Position numbers and translations under genes: made by a program. The notes under the pieces were generated by a model. That model saw nothing but the letters and a program-made list of their open reading frames with translations. It was not told the origin of the DNA and searched no databases. From the human T2T-CHM13v2.0 reference genome, Homo sapiens, in assembly GCF_009914755.1 (NCBI RefSeq), contig NC_060927.1: a stretch of DNA of 64,000 nucleotides. The stretch is one strand, 5' to 3'. Shown one piece after another: positions 46,768 through 63,992 of the stretch. Within the stretch, counting starts at the first letter, position 1. Each line of letters begins with the position of its first letter.

Positions 46768-47277
46768 TCATTTTTCTCTTGTGAATGCTTTCTTTGTGGA
46801 ATACTGGCAAGAAAGTTGGGAGGTATAAAAATGAATTAGGGGAGGAGCCAAGATGGCCCAATAGGAACAGCTCCGGTCTACAGCTCCCAGCGTGAGCGAC
46901 GCAGAAGACGGTGATTTCTGCATTTCCATCTGAGGTACCGGGTTCATCTCACTAGGGAGTGCCAGACAGTGGGCGCAGGTCAGTGGGTGCGCGAGCCGAA
47001 GCAGGGCGAGGCACTGCCTCACTTGGGAAGCACAAGGGGTCAGGGAGTTCCCTTTCCGAGTCAAAGAAAGGGGTGACGGACGGCACCTGGAAAATCGGGT
47101 CACTCCCACCCGAATACTGCGCTTTTCCGACGGGCTTAAAAAACGGGGCACCACGAGATTATATCCCGCACCTGGCTCGGAGGGTCCTACGCCCATGGAG
47201 TCTCGCTGATTGCTAGCACAGCAGTCTGAGATCAAACTGCAAGGCAGCAACACGGCTGGGGGAGGGGCGCCCGCCAT
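46768..47277 (-). CDS. L1 ORF0 (antisense), C-terminally extended to 169 aa; expression unproven
   Basis: Starts MAGAPPP..CSLISDCCASNQRDS, the ORF0 N-terminus; open frame runs past the L1 5' end into flanking DNA. Confidence 0.5.
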   Translation of the reverse strand: MAGAPPPAVLLPCSLISDCCASNQRDSMGVGPSEPGAGYNLVVPRFLSPSEKRSIRVGVTRFSRCRPSPLSLTRKGNSLTPCASQVRQCLALLRLAHPLTCAHCLALPSEMNPVPQMEMQKSPSSASLTLGAVDRSCSYWAILAPPLIHFYTSQLSCQYSTKKAFTREK

Positions 47278-47725
47278 TGCCCAGGCTTGATTAGGTAAAC
47301 AAAGCAGCCGGGAAGCTCAAACTGGGCGGAGCCCACCACAGCTCAAGGAGGCCTGCCTGCCTCTCTAGGCTCCACCTCTGGGGGCAGGGCACAGACAAAC
47401 AAAAAGACAGCAGTAACCTCTGCAGACTTAAATGTCCCTGTCTGACAGCTTTGAAGAGAGCAGTGGTTCTCCCAGCACGCAGCTGGAGATCTGAGAACCG
47501 GCAGACTGCCTCCTCAAGTGGGTCCCTGACCCCTGAGCAGCCTAACTGGGAGGCACCCCCCAGCAGGGGCACACTGACACCTCACACAGCAGGGTATTCC
47601 AACAGACCTGCAGCTGAGGGTCCTGTCTGTTACAAGGAAAACTAACAAACAGAAAACACATCCACACCAAAAACCCATCTGTACATCACCATCATCAAAG
47701 ACCAAAAGTAGATAAAACCACAAAG

Positions 47726-48740
47726 ATGGGGAGAAAACAGAACAGAAAAACTGGAAACTATAAAAAGAGAGCGCCTCTCCTCCTCCAAAGGAACGCAGTT
47801 CCTCACCAGCAGCGGAACAAAGCTGGATGGAGAATGACTTTGACGAGCTGAGAGAAGAAGGCTTCAGACGATCAAATTACTCTGAGCTACGGGAGGACAT
47901 TCAAACCAAAGGCAAAGAAGTTGAAAACTTTGAAAAAAATTTAGAAGAATGTATAACTAGAATAACCAATACAGAGAAGTGCTTAAAGGAGCTGATGGAG
48001 CTGAAAACCAAGGCTCGAGAACTACGTGAAGAATGCAGAAGCCTCAGGAGCCCATGCGATCAACTGGAAGAAAGGGTATCAGCGATGGAAGATGAAATGA
48101 ATGAAATGAAGCGAGAAGGGAAGTTTAGAGAAAAAAGAATAAAAAGAAATGAGCAAAGCCTCCAAGAAATATGGGACTGTGTGAAAAGACCAAATCTATG
48201 TCTGCTTGGTGTACCTGAAAGTGATGGGGAGAATGGAACCAAGTTGGAAAACACTCTGCAGGATATTATCCAGGAGAACTTCCCCAATCTAGCAAGGCAG
48301 GCCAACGTTCAGATTCAGGAAGTACAGAGAACGCCACAAAGATACTCCTCGAGAAGAGCAACTCCAAGACACATAATTGTCAGATTCACCAAAGTTGAAA
48401 TGAAGGAAAAAATGTTAAGGGCAGCCAGAGAGAAAGGTCGGGTTACCCTCAAAGGGAAGCCCATCAGACTAACAGCGGATCTCTCGCAGAAACCCTACAA
48501 GCCAGAAGAGAGTGGGGGCCAATATTCAACATTCTTAAAGACAAGAATTTTCAACCTGGAATTTCATATCCAGCGAAACTAAGCTTCATAAGCGAAGGAG
48601 AAATAAAATACTTTACAGACAAGCAAATACTGAGAGATTTTGTCACCACCAGGCCTGCCCTAAAAGAGCTCCTGAAGGAAGCGCTAAACATGGAAAGGAA
48701 CAACTGGTACCAGCCGCTGCAAAATCATGCCAAAATGTAA
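47726..48740 (+). pseudogene. L1 ORF1p, frameshifted
   Basis: ATG at 47726 is out of frame with the 47827-48582 ORF1 body; second frameshift near 48486 (..TADLSQKPYK..). Confidence 0.9.
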
Positions 48741-48788
48741 AGACCATCAAGACTAGGAAGAAACTGCATCAACTAACGAGCAAAATAA

Positions 48789-52620
<3,832 letters not shown>

Positions 52621-55319
52621 GAACAATGAGATCACATGGACACAGGAAGGGGAATATCACACTCCGGGGACTGTTGTGGGGTCGGGGAGGGGGGAGGGAT
52701 AGCATTGGGAGATGTACCTAATGCTAGATGACGAGTTAGTGGGTGCAGTGCACCAGCATGGCACATGTATACATATGTAACTAACCTGCACAATGTGCAC
52801 ATGTACCCTAAAACTTAATGTATAATAAAAAAAAAAGCAAAAAAAAAAATGAATTAGGACTTAAGAAGTTGCATTTTCTCCCTTTAGAGAGTCATTTGTT
52901 GACAAGAGTCACAGTTTTTAAAAAAGCTCTGCCTTCCCTTAGTTGCAGTGTTCTTATAATGTATTCAGAAGACAGGGCTCCTTTTAAAAAGATTTTCTTT
53001 TGTTTACTTTCTTTCTTCTTCTTCTTCTTTTTTTTTTTTTTTTTTTTTTTTTGCCTGAGAAATAATCTGGAGTAGATTCTAAGCATGTATATTAAGTTTC
53101 TAAATTATCTATTAGTCTAGATTTTTGGAAATTACTACATAATTTATAGAAAAACTACACAATAATATTCCTTGTCCTTGCCATCCACAAGTTAAAACAA
53201 AAAATGCTATGAATGTTTGTTATTTAAATGTTTAACGCTCAGAGGAAGCAATCAGAAGAACCAAGGAAAGGAAAATTAAAACCTAAGACACTAATAAAAA
53301 ATAAAACAGCAACTATGAGACCTATTTAATTCCTATTTCTTTCCTTTGAAAATAAATTGTGACTCACCATTAAATCCATACCAGTGACCCATGCATTTAA
53401 TATTTTAGAGAAGACATCACAGCTGCCTTGCATGAAGTATTTCACCTTTGGTTTCATTATTTGTAGAGTTTTAGCATTTTGTGCTTTTAAACCAAACTGT
53501 CTGGTTTTTGTTTTCTTTCTTCAGTATATTCGTTCTTTATTGGACTGTCTTTGCCCTGAGATTATATATATCATAACCCAGCTGTACTGGTCCACTTTAT
53601 CATACCAAATACTAATTTTGTCACTACCCACATACCCATCCGACTGTCTGGATAATAAGTATTTTTAAAATAGGAATTTCCTAATGCCTAATGTACAAGC
53701 CCCATGAAAGGAAATCATGCCTTATCAAATTAAAAAAGGATACTTACAAGGAAAATTTAACTAGACTTGGTTTATTACTTGAATTTGGAAAAGTCTTGCA
53801 TAGCCTATAACTCTGTGACTCCATCCATTAAAAAAAAATTTAGGATGTCAGCACCACACAAAGCCATTTTACATTGTAATCACAAATATTATTTAACTGT
53901 ACTCTGCATTAGATGGAATTTTCTTACTTACCAATTTTTCCAGTCTTTTAGGTTCTCTGTAGGCAAGATAGGATCAGCAACTGAGTGTAGCATTTGATGT
54001 TGAGGGAAATAGATTTTGCTCTCTGCTGGACTGCTCGTGTTGACCAGTGGGAAACACTGCATTAGCTTTCAAATCAAAACATTTAAAGTGCTCTCTGAAA
54101 TATTGACATCTCGCCAAATGCTTGAATGTCAGGTACTACAGATGTCCAGTATTCTTTGGAGCCCAGCTCTAATATATGCTTGCATAAGTTGGACCTGATT
54201 TGGATTTGCTTAGGGTTACAGATTAGCACGGCTTGACCAAATAGTAAATAGTATGAAACCAGCTGTGAAAAGGGAGACTGAGCAAGTGAGAGCTCCAGCC
54301 AGCAGGAAGATAGATCTTTCCCATGCTTGTTTATGACCTTTTCCTGTGAAGCTGTTGTAATAATAGCTTCTGTATTTATTGGGAAGTATTTTTAAGTTGT
54401 AATTCACATGGTTTCAAACTAATTCCTTGAAATTAGTTGGAAAACCAAAAAATATTTGAGAGTAAAACATCTGCACGTTTCCTTCTTTCAGTACCAGGGG
54501 AGGAGGCAGGAAAGCTGTTTAAGTAGGTGTTAACTTGGGGGTCTTGACTGGTGCAGGGCAAGATAACTGTCAAATGAGAAGAGATATTGAAAGGACCCCA
54601 AGACTATGCTATCTCCTCTGGGACTTGGGGGATTTGCTCCTCTAGACTTATCCTGGTCTAGGGATGGACTTGATGCATGCCAGTACCTCTTCTACTCCAT
54701 CTGTTATCCTGACACATTTCCAGCCTTGAATGGGGGCTTTTGGGTCTCCAATCATTCTTCGTATTACTCCTTGACTTAAATCTGGTTTCACAACATTCTG
54801 TTTCTGTCCTGGGTTGTTACTTGATCCCAATGCCTGGATATTTCCTTCTTTAACAAGTTCTTCCTGGGGATTTCTGAAATTATGCTCTGGATTAATACAG
54901 TCATAATACATCTTTCAGAAGGAAAGGCCTGAGTCTCCTATACTCCGTCTACTTGAATTCATCCAGTTTAGGGCCTATAGCATCAACTTTTCCCATTTTA
55001 CCAGTTTCTTTCCTTCTGTCCTAGAGAGGCATGCTCACGATCAATCATGCCTGTTATCATTATCAAATAAAATAAAGCGAAAACCCTCAAAGCTCTCCCT
55101 TAAATGTGAATCCTCTTTATTAGCAATCATCCAGTCGGTACCTTTATCTCCTTATCCAAACTTGTTGGAAATGGTCTGCGTTTGCTGTCTCCACTTTCCC
55201 ATTCACTCTGTAATCTAGTCCACTCTGCCTTCTGTCCTCAGCACTTATCTAGAACTGCCAAAGACCTCCTCATTGCACATTCCTCAATCCAATTGACATT
55301 TTGAAAGATTTTTTTTGTC

Positions 55320-56062
55320 TTTGAGGTAGCTTTTTTGGGATTGTGGTGAAATACACATAACATTTGCCACCTTAACTATTTTTAAGTGTTCAGTGACGTT
55401 AATTACATTCACATTGTTGTGTAACCATCATCACCATGCATCTCTAGAACTGTTTTCATCTTGCAAAACTAAAATTCTGTACCCATTAAATAATAATTCT
55501 CCATTTATCCTTGCCCCTAGTCCCTGGTAACTACTGTTCTTCTCTACGAAGTTGAATACTCTAGCTATCTCATAGAAGTGGAATCATACAGTATTTGTCC
55601 TTTTTTGACTGGCTTAATTCACTTAGCATAATGTCTTTAAGGTTCATGCATTTTGTAGCATGTGACAATTCATTTCTTTTTAAGACTGAATAATATTCCG
55701 CTCTATGTATATACCACATTTTGTTTATTCATCTGTCCATAGTCCTTGGGTAGCATCCACCTTTTGGCTATTGTGAACAATGCTGCTATGAAAGTGGGTA
55801 TACAAATATCTGCTTAAGACCCTACTTTCAGTTCTTTTGGTTATGTGCCCAGAAGCAAAATTGCTGGATCATGTGGTAATCCTATGTTAATTTTCTAAAG
55901 GAATTGCTGTTTTCCATAGAGGCTGAATGAACCATCTTACGTTCCCACCAACAGTGCACAAAGGTGTCACTTTCCCCACATCCTTGCTAACACTTGTTTT
56001 CCATTTGTGTGTTGTGTTTGTTCTTTCTTTCTAGTAGTAGCCATCTTAATGGGTATGAGGCA
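55320..56062 (-). mobile_element. L1MA/L1MB 3' fragment, antisense
   Basis: GGAATCATACAGTATTTGTCCTTT, TTTTGGCTATTGTGAACAATGCTGCTATGAA, CCCACCAACAGTGCACAA. Confidence 0.8.
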
Positions 56063-57353
56063 TTAAGGCAGCTTTTGATGATGATTCTCTCTGTGGTACT
56101 TTGGCATACTGCCCTTGTACCTTTCTGACACTGTTCCCTCCATGATTAAGGGCTTGCCCTCAAATGTTGATGTTTTATGGATTCCATCCTGAGCCCCATG
56201 CTTTTGCCTTTCTCTGCCCTTGCCCTGCCCTGTTAGCACTTGTGACATCTCTGCCAGCATCTCTCACCACCTTGCACCTCTGTACACTGTTGTTCCTTGC
56301 ACCTTTCTACCCAGATGCTTCTTGGGTTCTTCCTACTCAATGTGTCTCTCTCAATTTGTGATAATACCATCTACCCATTACCCAAGCTGTCAACAATTAA
56401 ACACTCTGTCTCATCCATTCCTAGCCAGTCAATCTCCAAAGCCTGGTGATTTTTTTTTTTATGCTTAAATATTTCTTGACTGTTATTCCCACCAAACCTC
56501 AGGTCATTTTTTGTCTGTGTTCCCTGCCTTCAATCTGCCTCCCACCCACAGGGTGTGTCCTCCACTCACCCGTGAGAGGAATCCCTCTAAAATACAAGCA
56601 GCACTGTGTCCCTTTTGTGGGTCTCTAATACTTAAAAGATAAGTTCATGGTGTTTAATTCAGTAGAGTGCTCTGTGATTTGACACCTCTTCTTCCACCAC
56701 TATTTGCCTTGGTCTGTATATCACAGCAACACTCAATTGTTTGAACTCTCTGTGAATATCTGTGGTTCTTGCCCCATTGCTTGGGCTTAAGATCTTTCCT
56801 CTGCCTAGAACAGCTCTCTGGAATAATTTCTCTTCTTTCACCTGGCTTATTCTGAATTTGAATTGCATTTTAAAAAATTTCAGCTATTTGTGTACTTGCT
56901 TCTCAGTCTTTATTATATCCACATGCCACCTGATCTGTTTATATCTGATATTTATGTACATGGAATCACCTTAAAAATTAAATGTTTACCCTCATCCTAA
57001 GTAAAAATAGCTTTGAAGTCACAGATTTTGATTCTTTTAACATACCTTGAAATTATTACATAACTGTGTAATTTGTCTGAGTTCTATTTAACCTGTGTGT
57101 TTATCCCTGTGGAAACATACTACTTTCAGATGCAGTTGGCCCACCCTTTCCTATGGGAGGTTATTCCTGGACCACCCATCCCCTCCCTCCCTATGCAGGA
57201 TAAACTCACCTTCCTGTGTTACCAAAAAGTACTATTAATATCTCCATTCATTCATCTTTCTATCCATCTGTTTATCCAGTCACCCAACTAATAATTTATT
57301 AGTAACCTTCTGTATTAAATACTGTGGGAGGTACAACCAGGAGTAGTGCTTAA

Positions 57354-57482
57354 CTTGTTTATACCTTGTGTTCCATTATTGGAACACTAAGCTCATGGGA
57401 GTTATTCATATCCTATTGCTCATGGTCATCGCTAAGGTCTGATTTTTCATAGAAAATAATTGCAACTTCTGGCATAAATACT
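57354..57482 (+). mobile_element. MER85 (piggyBac/PGBD3-derived MITE)
   Basis: TTAA at 57350-53; internal palindrome GTTCCATTATTGGAAC; GGTCATCGCTAAGGTCTGATTTTTCA...TTGCAACTTCTGGCATAAAT. Confidence 0.85.
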
Positions 57483-58036
57483 GATTTTTAATTGTCTGCC
57501 AGTTGTTTCTCCCAACTAGATTGGGTGAGCTGTTGAGAGCCAGGGCAGTGTCTTAATTTTGCATCTTTGGCACCTGACATTTTTATTCATTTAATTAAAG
57601 GAATATAAAAGTAAAGATGTGTTGCTTCCTTAATTTTCTCTTTCAAGTTTTACTTATACTTGTGTTTCGTAAATGATACTTCTAAACATGTTCATAAAGG
57701 CCAGAGTGAAAGTAAAAAAGTAAAAGTTAATATGTTCATTTTTATTTTTGAAGGCTTATGATGCATGCAAATAGACTGTCTTTTGTACATATTCAGTTTG
57801 CTATGCAGGAGTAGGTTTGTTCATATGTAATCTACTAACTTATCTACTAACTAGATAAGTTCTAGAACTCATCTAGAAAACCTTGAGTAAAATGTGTGTA
57901 TTTTAACCAAAACTGGTATTTGGGGTTGTGTGGATCAAACCTAGTCCAATTTTATTGATTTAAAGCAATGACTGTAGTGTTAAAAGGAGCATGTACTACA
58001 TTAAAATGACATAGGGAATGTGTATACATTTAGGAG

Positions 58037-58076
58037 AATATTTATTTTAAGGGAACTTGCCCTTAAAATAAATATT
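58037..58076. repeat. Perfect 17-bp inverted repeat with 6-nt spacer
   Basis: AATATTTATTTTAAGGG-AACTTG-CCCTTAAAATAAATATT. Confidence 0.95.
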
Positions 58077-60494
58077 ACATGTCGTGAGCTAAAGGGAGAA
58101 ATTATGTTGCCTTAAACTAAAGTCCCTGTCTTTTGAGTTCAACACTCTTGGGAAATTGTAAGGAAAATGTATTAACAGAATCCACTAGCATGCAGCTAAG
58201 GACTTCTGGAGATCTGGGGTCATGACAGGCACCCTGTATAGTGATATAAATGTCAGTGTCTGAGATTTAAGAGCCTGTTCCGAGAAAAGCCAACAAATAT
58301 GGAGAGTATATTCCTATAAATGAGTTAATTGAGAGGCACGTATACTGCACTCAAGTTTTGCACTGTGCCGGAAACCATTGACTGTCCCAGGGGCCTTCCG
58401 CTCTTACCCCTCACTCCAGTTTAGAGTGGAGCAACAGCAGCATAAGATACACATTTTAATATGGCTTAGATCATGTTCATTTCCAAACACACCTTCTGTT
58501 CTCCCTCCTCTGGCCTTTGTTGGGCCGTTTCCTAAGCCTGGCATGGGCCCTCTTAAATTTCAACTTTAGTGGAGCTTTCCTTTATGTTCTTACTGAGAAT
58601 GAATGGTTTTCCTCTCTCTGAATTCCTATAGTGCTTAATTTAATTCTACTTAGGCCACCCCTCAGGCTTTGTACTGTATCACAGATGGTGATGGCTGTGT
58701 CTTCTGATTTTTTCTTTTTTTGTGAGGGGGTGGGTGGGTATTTTGCTGATGTTGCCCCAGTCTCATTCATGGAGTCATTTGGCTTGTCTGGGGAATGGGG
58801 TGGGGCAGGTGACTTTTTTGCAGCCTCTCTCATCCATATTGCCAGGCTGTCCAGGATTACTTTCTGGGCTTGAAACATTGTCCTTTTGCTGAGAGCAATC
58901 CATGGACACCTGACTCCTAAGACTTAGCTCCACTGAAAAAGGTCTTTCATATCCAAGAAGGTGATTTAATTTAATCAGTGAGGACCTCCACTACTTTTTT
59001 TTTCTTCTTCTAGTCCAAGGAATGGATACATTTGATATACTTTCTTTTTGTTTTGATTTTTTCTTGTTTTTTTTTTTTTGTTAATTTAAACTTTTAAGAT
59101 TTATCAAAGTTATGCATTTGTGTACTTTAAGAAACAATTTAAAAAAACATATAATGAAAAAAATAGAAGTCCATACCCTTTTCTTATGCCCTGGTAGCCA
59201 CCTCTTTTTCCTTTTATCTATTTTTAGGTATTAGTGCCTGTATTTCTTATGTAACTGGAGGTTCTTGGCTTTTGATAGTGTCTGTTGACTTCCTTGTGTG
59301 GAAGATGAGGATTTAGCTCACTGTGCACGTTTCCCTTTACCAGATAATTATGTCCACAATTTTTGGATAAATCAGCATCTTTCATTCACGTAACTAGAGC
59401 TATATGAGTATTATTTATAGCAGAGGCTTAACATTTACGTTTGAAGGATTGCAACTCCCTAATTTCATCTAGTGACCAGGGGAAACCTTGCTGTCTTGGT
59501 CTAATGAGGGCAGGCTTCCCTCTGGGTTCTGCCTGCCCATTTGCCCATTTTCCCATTTATAATTAGTTGAGATATGTAAACATGCTATATAAATGTTAGC
59601 TGTTATTATTTCAATATTATAATTTGAACCAAACCTTATTTAATCTAGTTCTTAGCTATACGTGTATGTGTAAGCTTAAAAGTACTTTTGTGAACAGCTG
59701 CATTTAGAGAGAAATGTGAAGTCCAAGTGCATGTTTATGCATATGATAAAACTTTCGCAGCATAGATGCTTCTTAGCATTACAACTCAACAGGCAGAGGA
59801 GATTCGTGTTGACAAATGTGCTTGTTATTAATAACTTTGTGTTACATTTCACCGGAGAGACCTCTAGCTTACCAGTTTTAGGCCTTTTGCTTTTGGCAGG
59901 TTGCAATTATTGCTGTCTTATAAATGTCACATACATGATATATATACACACTTCCAAAACTGTGTTTTTCATTCTTGTCGGAATAGTTGAGACTTGTCTG
60001 CTACCAAAAGTCTGAGTCAGATTCTGATACTTTGCCTTGCTGCTCTTTTTTTTGTAGTTTTCCCAGAAACTTTATATTATACTTAACAATATAAATATAG
60101 TATTATACTCATAATAAGCGAGGCCTTTGCTTGTATTCATTTAAAAATGTAGAGAAGCGCTTAAAAGATAGGAACTTTCGAGTCACAAATAGGCAGGCTG
60201 AAGATTGACTTATGGAATTGATGAAGCTGTTGGGAGACCAATTTCATGTAAGAAGGAGCAATCTGAGGATAGAACTATCAGCCATATAACAGGGGATGTG
60301 AGAGGGATACAGTGACTTCCATTTGTTTGTAAAAATGCTGTTTTGGGATTTATACTAATGGGTACCCTTCATGTGTGACATGCAGTGTGACTTAAATATC
60401 TACCTTAGCTTTTGCCATAGTTCAAAAGTTGGGGGAGGGAGTTTCTAGATAATGAGCATCCAGTAGAGTAGACGGAAAGTCCACGGCAGTTAAA

Positions 60495-60600
60495 TTGCTC
60501 AGCAGAAAAGGCCAGGGGGAGGGGGCTGGGGGTGCGGGCAGGCGGTTTGGGTATAAATGCCCACCAACTTTGGTTCTGCCATGGCTGGGGAGGAGGGTCT
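60495..60600 (+). promoter_or_regulatory. Promoter/enhancer-like GC-box + TATA element
   Basis: GGGGGAGGGGGCTGGGGGTGCGGGCAGGCGG directly upstream of TATAAAT (60552-60558). Confidence 0.4.
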
Positions 60601-62459
60601 GTGCTGCTATGGGCCTTTTCAGACATCTCTAACTGAACACACGCGATTTTTCCTGCAGCTTCCCTTCTATAGTGGAGCTTAGAAAGTCTTGTCAAAACTG
60701 GCCCCTGAGATGAAACCTTTGGCCATCTTAAGCTAGTGTTTTATCCAGGACAAATGAAGAAAAAATACAGCGAACTTGTTTACTCCAGCATAGAGACAAA
60801 GTCAGGATTAGATTAATTGTGATTCTTTGCAGTTAATGCTACATAACGTGGCATATGGAGTTAAATTTGGATATACAAGCCAGCAGCACTGCCTTGTATA
60901 AACCAGGAGACCTCAGGCTGGTAATGTAATCTCTCTCAATCTGTTTCCCCATCTGCAAAAAGAGTCTAGTACTACCTGCACTATTAAAGTTGTTGGAAAG
61001 TTTAAATCACGTAAGGTGTATTTTCTTACTATAATGCCTAGCTCTAAGGTCAGTAAATGGTAGGGTCTCTTTTTACTATGACAGGCTAATTGTTCCTTTA
61101 CAATGCTTTCAAAACTGCATTGTTCAACATATGCTAGATAGAAATACAGTGCTATGCTTTGTGTTTTTAATGAATATTAATTGTTATGGAAAGAGCCAAA
61201 TTTGAGTAGGTCTTTGACCCAGCCACTGTGGTTATAGGAAGGCTCTTTTAGATACATAGCAATACATAACTCATGGAAAGTATTTTCAAATTATAAATCT
61301 AATACAAGAGGAAATAAGATCTCATATGCAGTACCCTGGTAAACTCAAACTATTACGGATGGGGCACACATGATGGAGTGCTTCTCGGAGCTTTACATTT
61401 TTGCCTCAACATGCCTAAGGTAATAGGAGATATTCTCATCTGTGCTTTACTCTGTGGTCTCAGTAAGGAAGGGATGGAGACACATCCAGGATCAACCAGA
61501 GCTGGTGGTCTTTCCCTTGGTCCCCATTGCCAGTCCCACCCTGTCTCCACAGGGAGTGTGAATGAGGATGGCTCCATCTTTCTTCCCTCTTGTCAACCAC
61601 AGAAATTAGGGTTTTGCTATTTTTTTCCTAATGTAGGCAAAACATGTGGTCCTAAAGTACCTCTCCATTGCCAGAAATCACAACAGACTGCTGTCCTACA
61701 GGAAAGACAAAAGCTTATTACACTAAAGATGAGTTTCTCGTATTTTAAGATCTAAGAGATGCTAAATAATAGTAAAGGCAGGAAACATTTATTTTTCTTA
61801 GGTAAGGAGAACAAAAACTCATACAAGCAGAGCATTTTGTTAATACTTTGTTAGTTCAGCTGACTGGTTATTAATCCAGTCTGTTTTTTTTTTTTTTCTT
61901 GGTGGGAAATGACAGAGGTTTTTTTTTTGTTGTTTTTTTTTTTAAATGGGTCATGGGGAAAATAATGTTTGAATTTGCTAAATAATCTCTTGCCATTTGC
62001 CAAATCAAATATCACTTATCAAGTCCACATATGAAGTATGTATGATTTGCCAGGAGTTAGGATACTTAACCCTGTATTAGAAGCACATGGATTTGAAAAC
62101 AACAGAAAAGCAGCACGATACAGCTGCTTCTGAGATACAAGAAATGGTGTAGTTTTAAAAAGAAATGCTTATGAGAGATTTTAGACATTTTTGAGCTGTT
62201 AAGTTTTCTAGAACCATTTGGAATGATTTTGAAGTGACCTCGCCTGGAAAGCATATTTATGTAGTTTCTTTCTCTGTACCACTTATTCTTCAGCTTCAGT
62301 GTAATTCTCAGTTTACTGTATGCCAGTTGGCATGTTGTAGTTTAAATATTTTCAGAACCTTTCCACTGCGTATTAATCTCTTAGACAGTTGAAACATTTG
62401 TTGACCTGTAGTCCTGTTTTTTTAAATTGTTTATGTGAGAAACAATATATCTGAATGAT

Positions 62460-62675
62460 TAAGAGCATTGTCTCCAGAATAGATTGCCTTAGTTAGAATA
62501 CCGGCTGAGTTACACATTAGCTTTGTGTCATGGGGCACATTACTTAACCTCTCTGTGCTTCAGCACCCTCATCGTTAGGAGAATCTGTACAAAAGTGATT
62601 ATAATATCTACTTCAGAATACTGTTGTGAGGAATATTGTTCTGTATGCCTGGCACATAGAAGAGAAAAATAAATA
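62460..62675 (+). mobile_element. MIR SINE
   Basis: CTTTGTGTCATGGGGCACATTACTTAACCTCTCTGTGCTTCAG...GTTGTGAGGA...TGCCTGGCACATAG. Confidence 0.7.
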
Positions 62676-63689
62676 TTGTCTGTCATCAGTATTATTTCGT
62701 ATATGGAGAACTGAAAGGAGCTTCAAGATTTGCATTGTGTGGGCTTTCATACCATCTTCAAGAGATGATTTTTTGGAGAAAACATGCTTTTGAAATTCAG
62801 TGTAAACATGGTATTTATGGAGCTATATCTCACAACAATTTTCCTCTGGCTTACATTTTAGACCACCTTTTGTTCAAGTGTCATGTGGACCACTTGGCTT
62901 AGATGAGAGTCACACAAATTTTTATATTCCAAGTTCCTCCTTCTCTCTCCCTACTACAGCCTTTGAATGGCAATTAATATTGCTGCTTCCTTCCCCACCT
63001 TCCCTCTCTAGCTTCTTTTAGGCATTTTGTAAATAGATAACATAAGAAACAATTTGTTTTGGCCACAAGTTCAATTTTTCTGGCATAAAGCTGTATTTAT
63101 TTTTGATATTCCTGATTAGTAAAGGTGCAAGCCCAGTATCTATACCATTCCAATCTGTGGGTCCCTGAGTTGCTCCAAGGCATTTACAGGCAAACTCCTG
63201 GGATTCATTTTCTTCCACAGGCCCAAAGTGGGAGTTCCGATATGGTATGAGACCACTGTGAGATGGATTAGAAAGATCTGGAAGCTAGATGGGAACTAGC
63301 TCGGGCATAATCAAGTACTCTTGACCCTCACAATTGTTGCTTTCTAATATAATTTCACTAGTTCTTCCCACTTTCTTTAATTCTGTTTGTTGTCTTGTTG
63401 CTGACAAAATAATTTTTAGTACTTTCTAATGTGGTCATTGTGTATAAACCAGGTGAAGAAAATTTTCTGTTATTTTCTTGAAGAATAAAATAAAAAGACT
63501 GATTCATGAAATGCTATCTGAGGCTGGCCCTGGGTTAAATTCCAGGGTATCCCTTGCAACAGAACAATGAGAATTTTCACATTCTTAGCTGTTTTTTTGA
63601 ATGACTGCTAAATCTCTAGGGCTGTGGTGCATCCTGAGGAACTTGAGGATTTTCCTTTTCTACCTTTGTTCACTTTAGATCTAGCCTCA

Positions 63690-63992
<303 letters not shown>

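Noticed and set aside
52818-53086. Poly-Lys / poly-Phe ORFs
   Set aside because: Artefacts of the L1 tail and a (TTC)n/T-run microsatellite.
57354-57482. snRNA/snoRNA-like short structured element
   Set aside because: Matches the MER85 MITE rather than an RNA gene.
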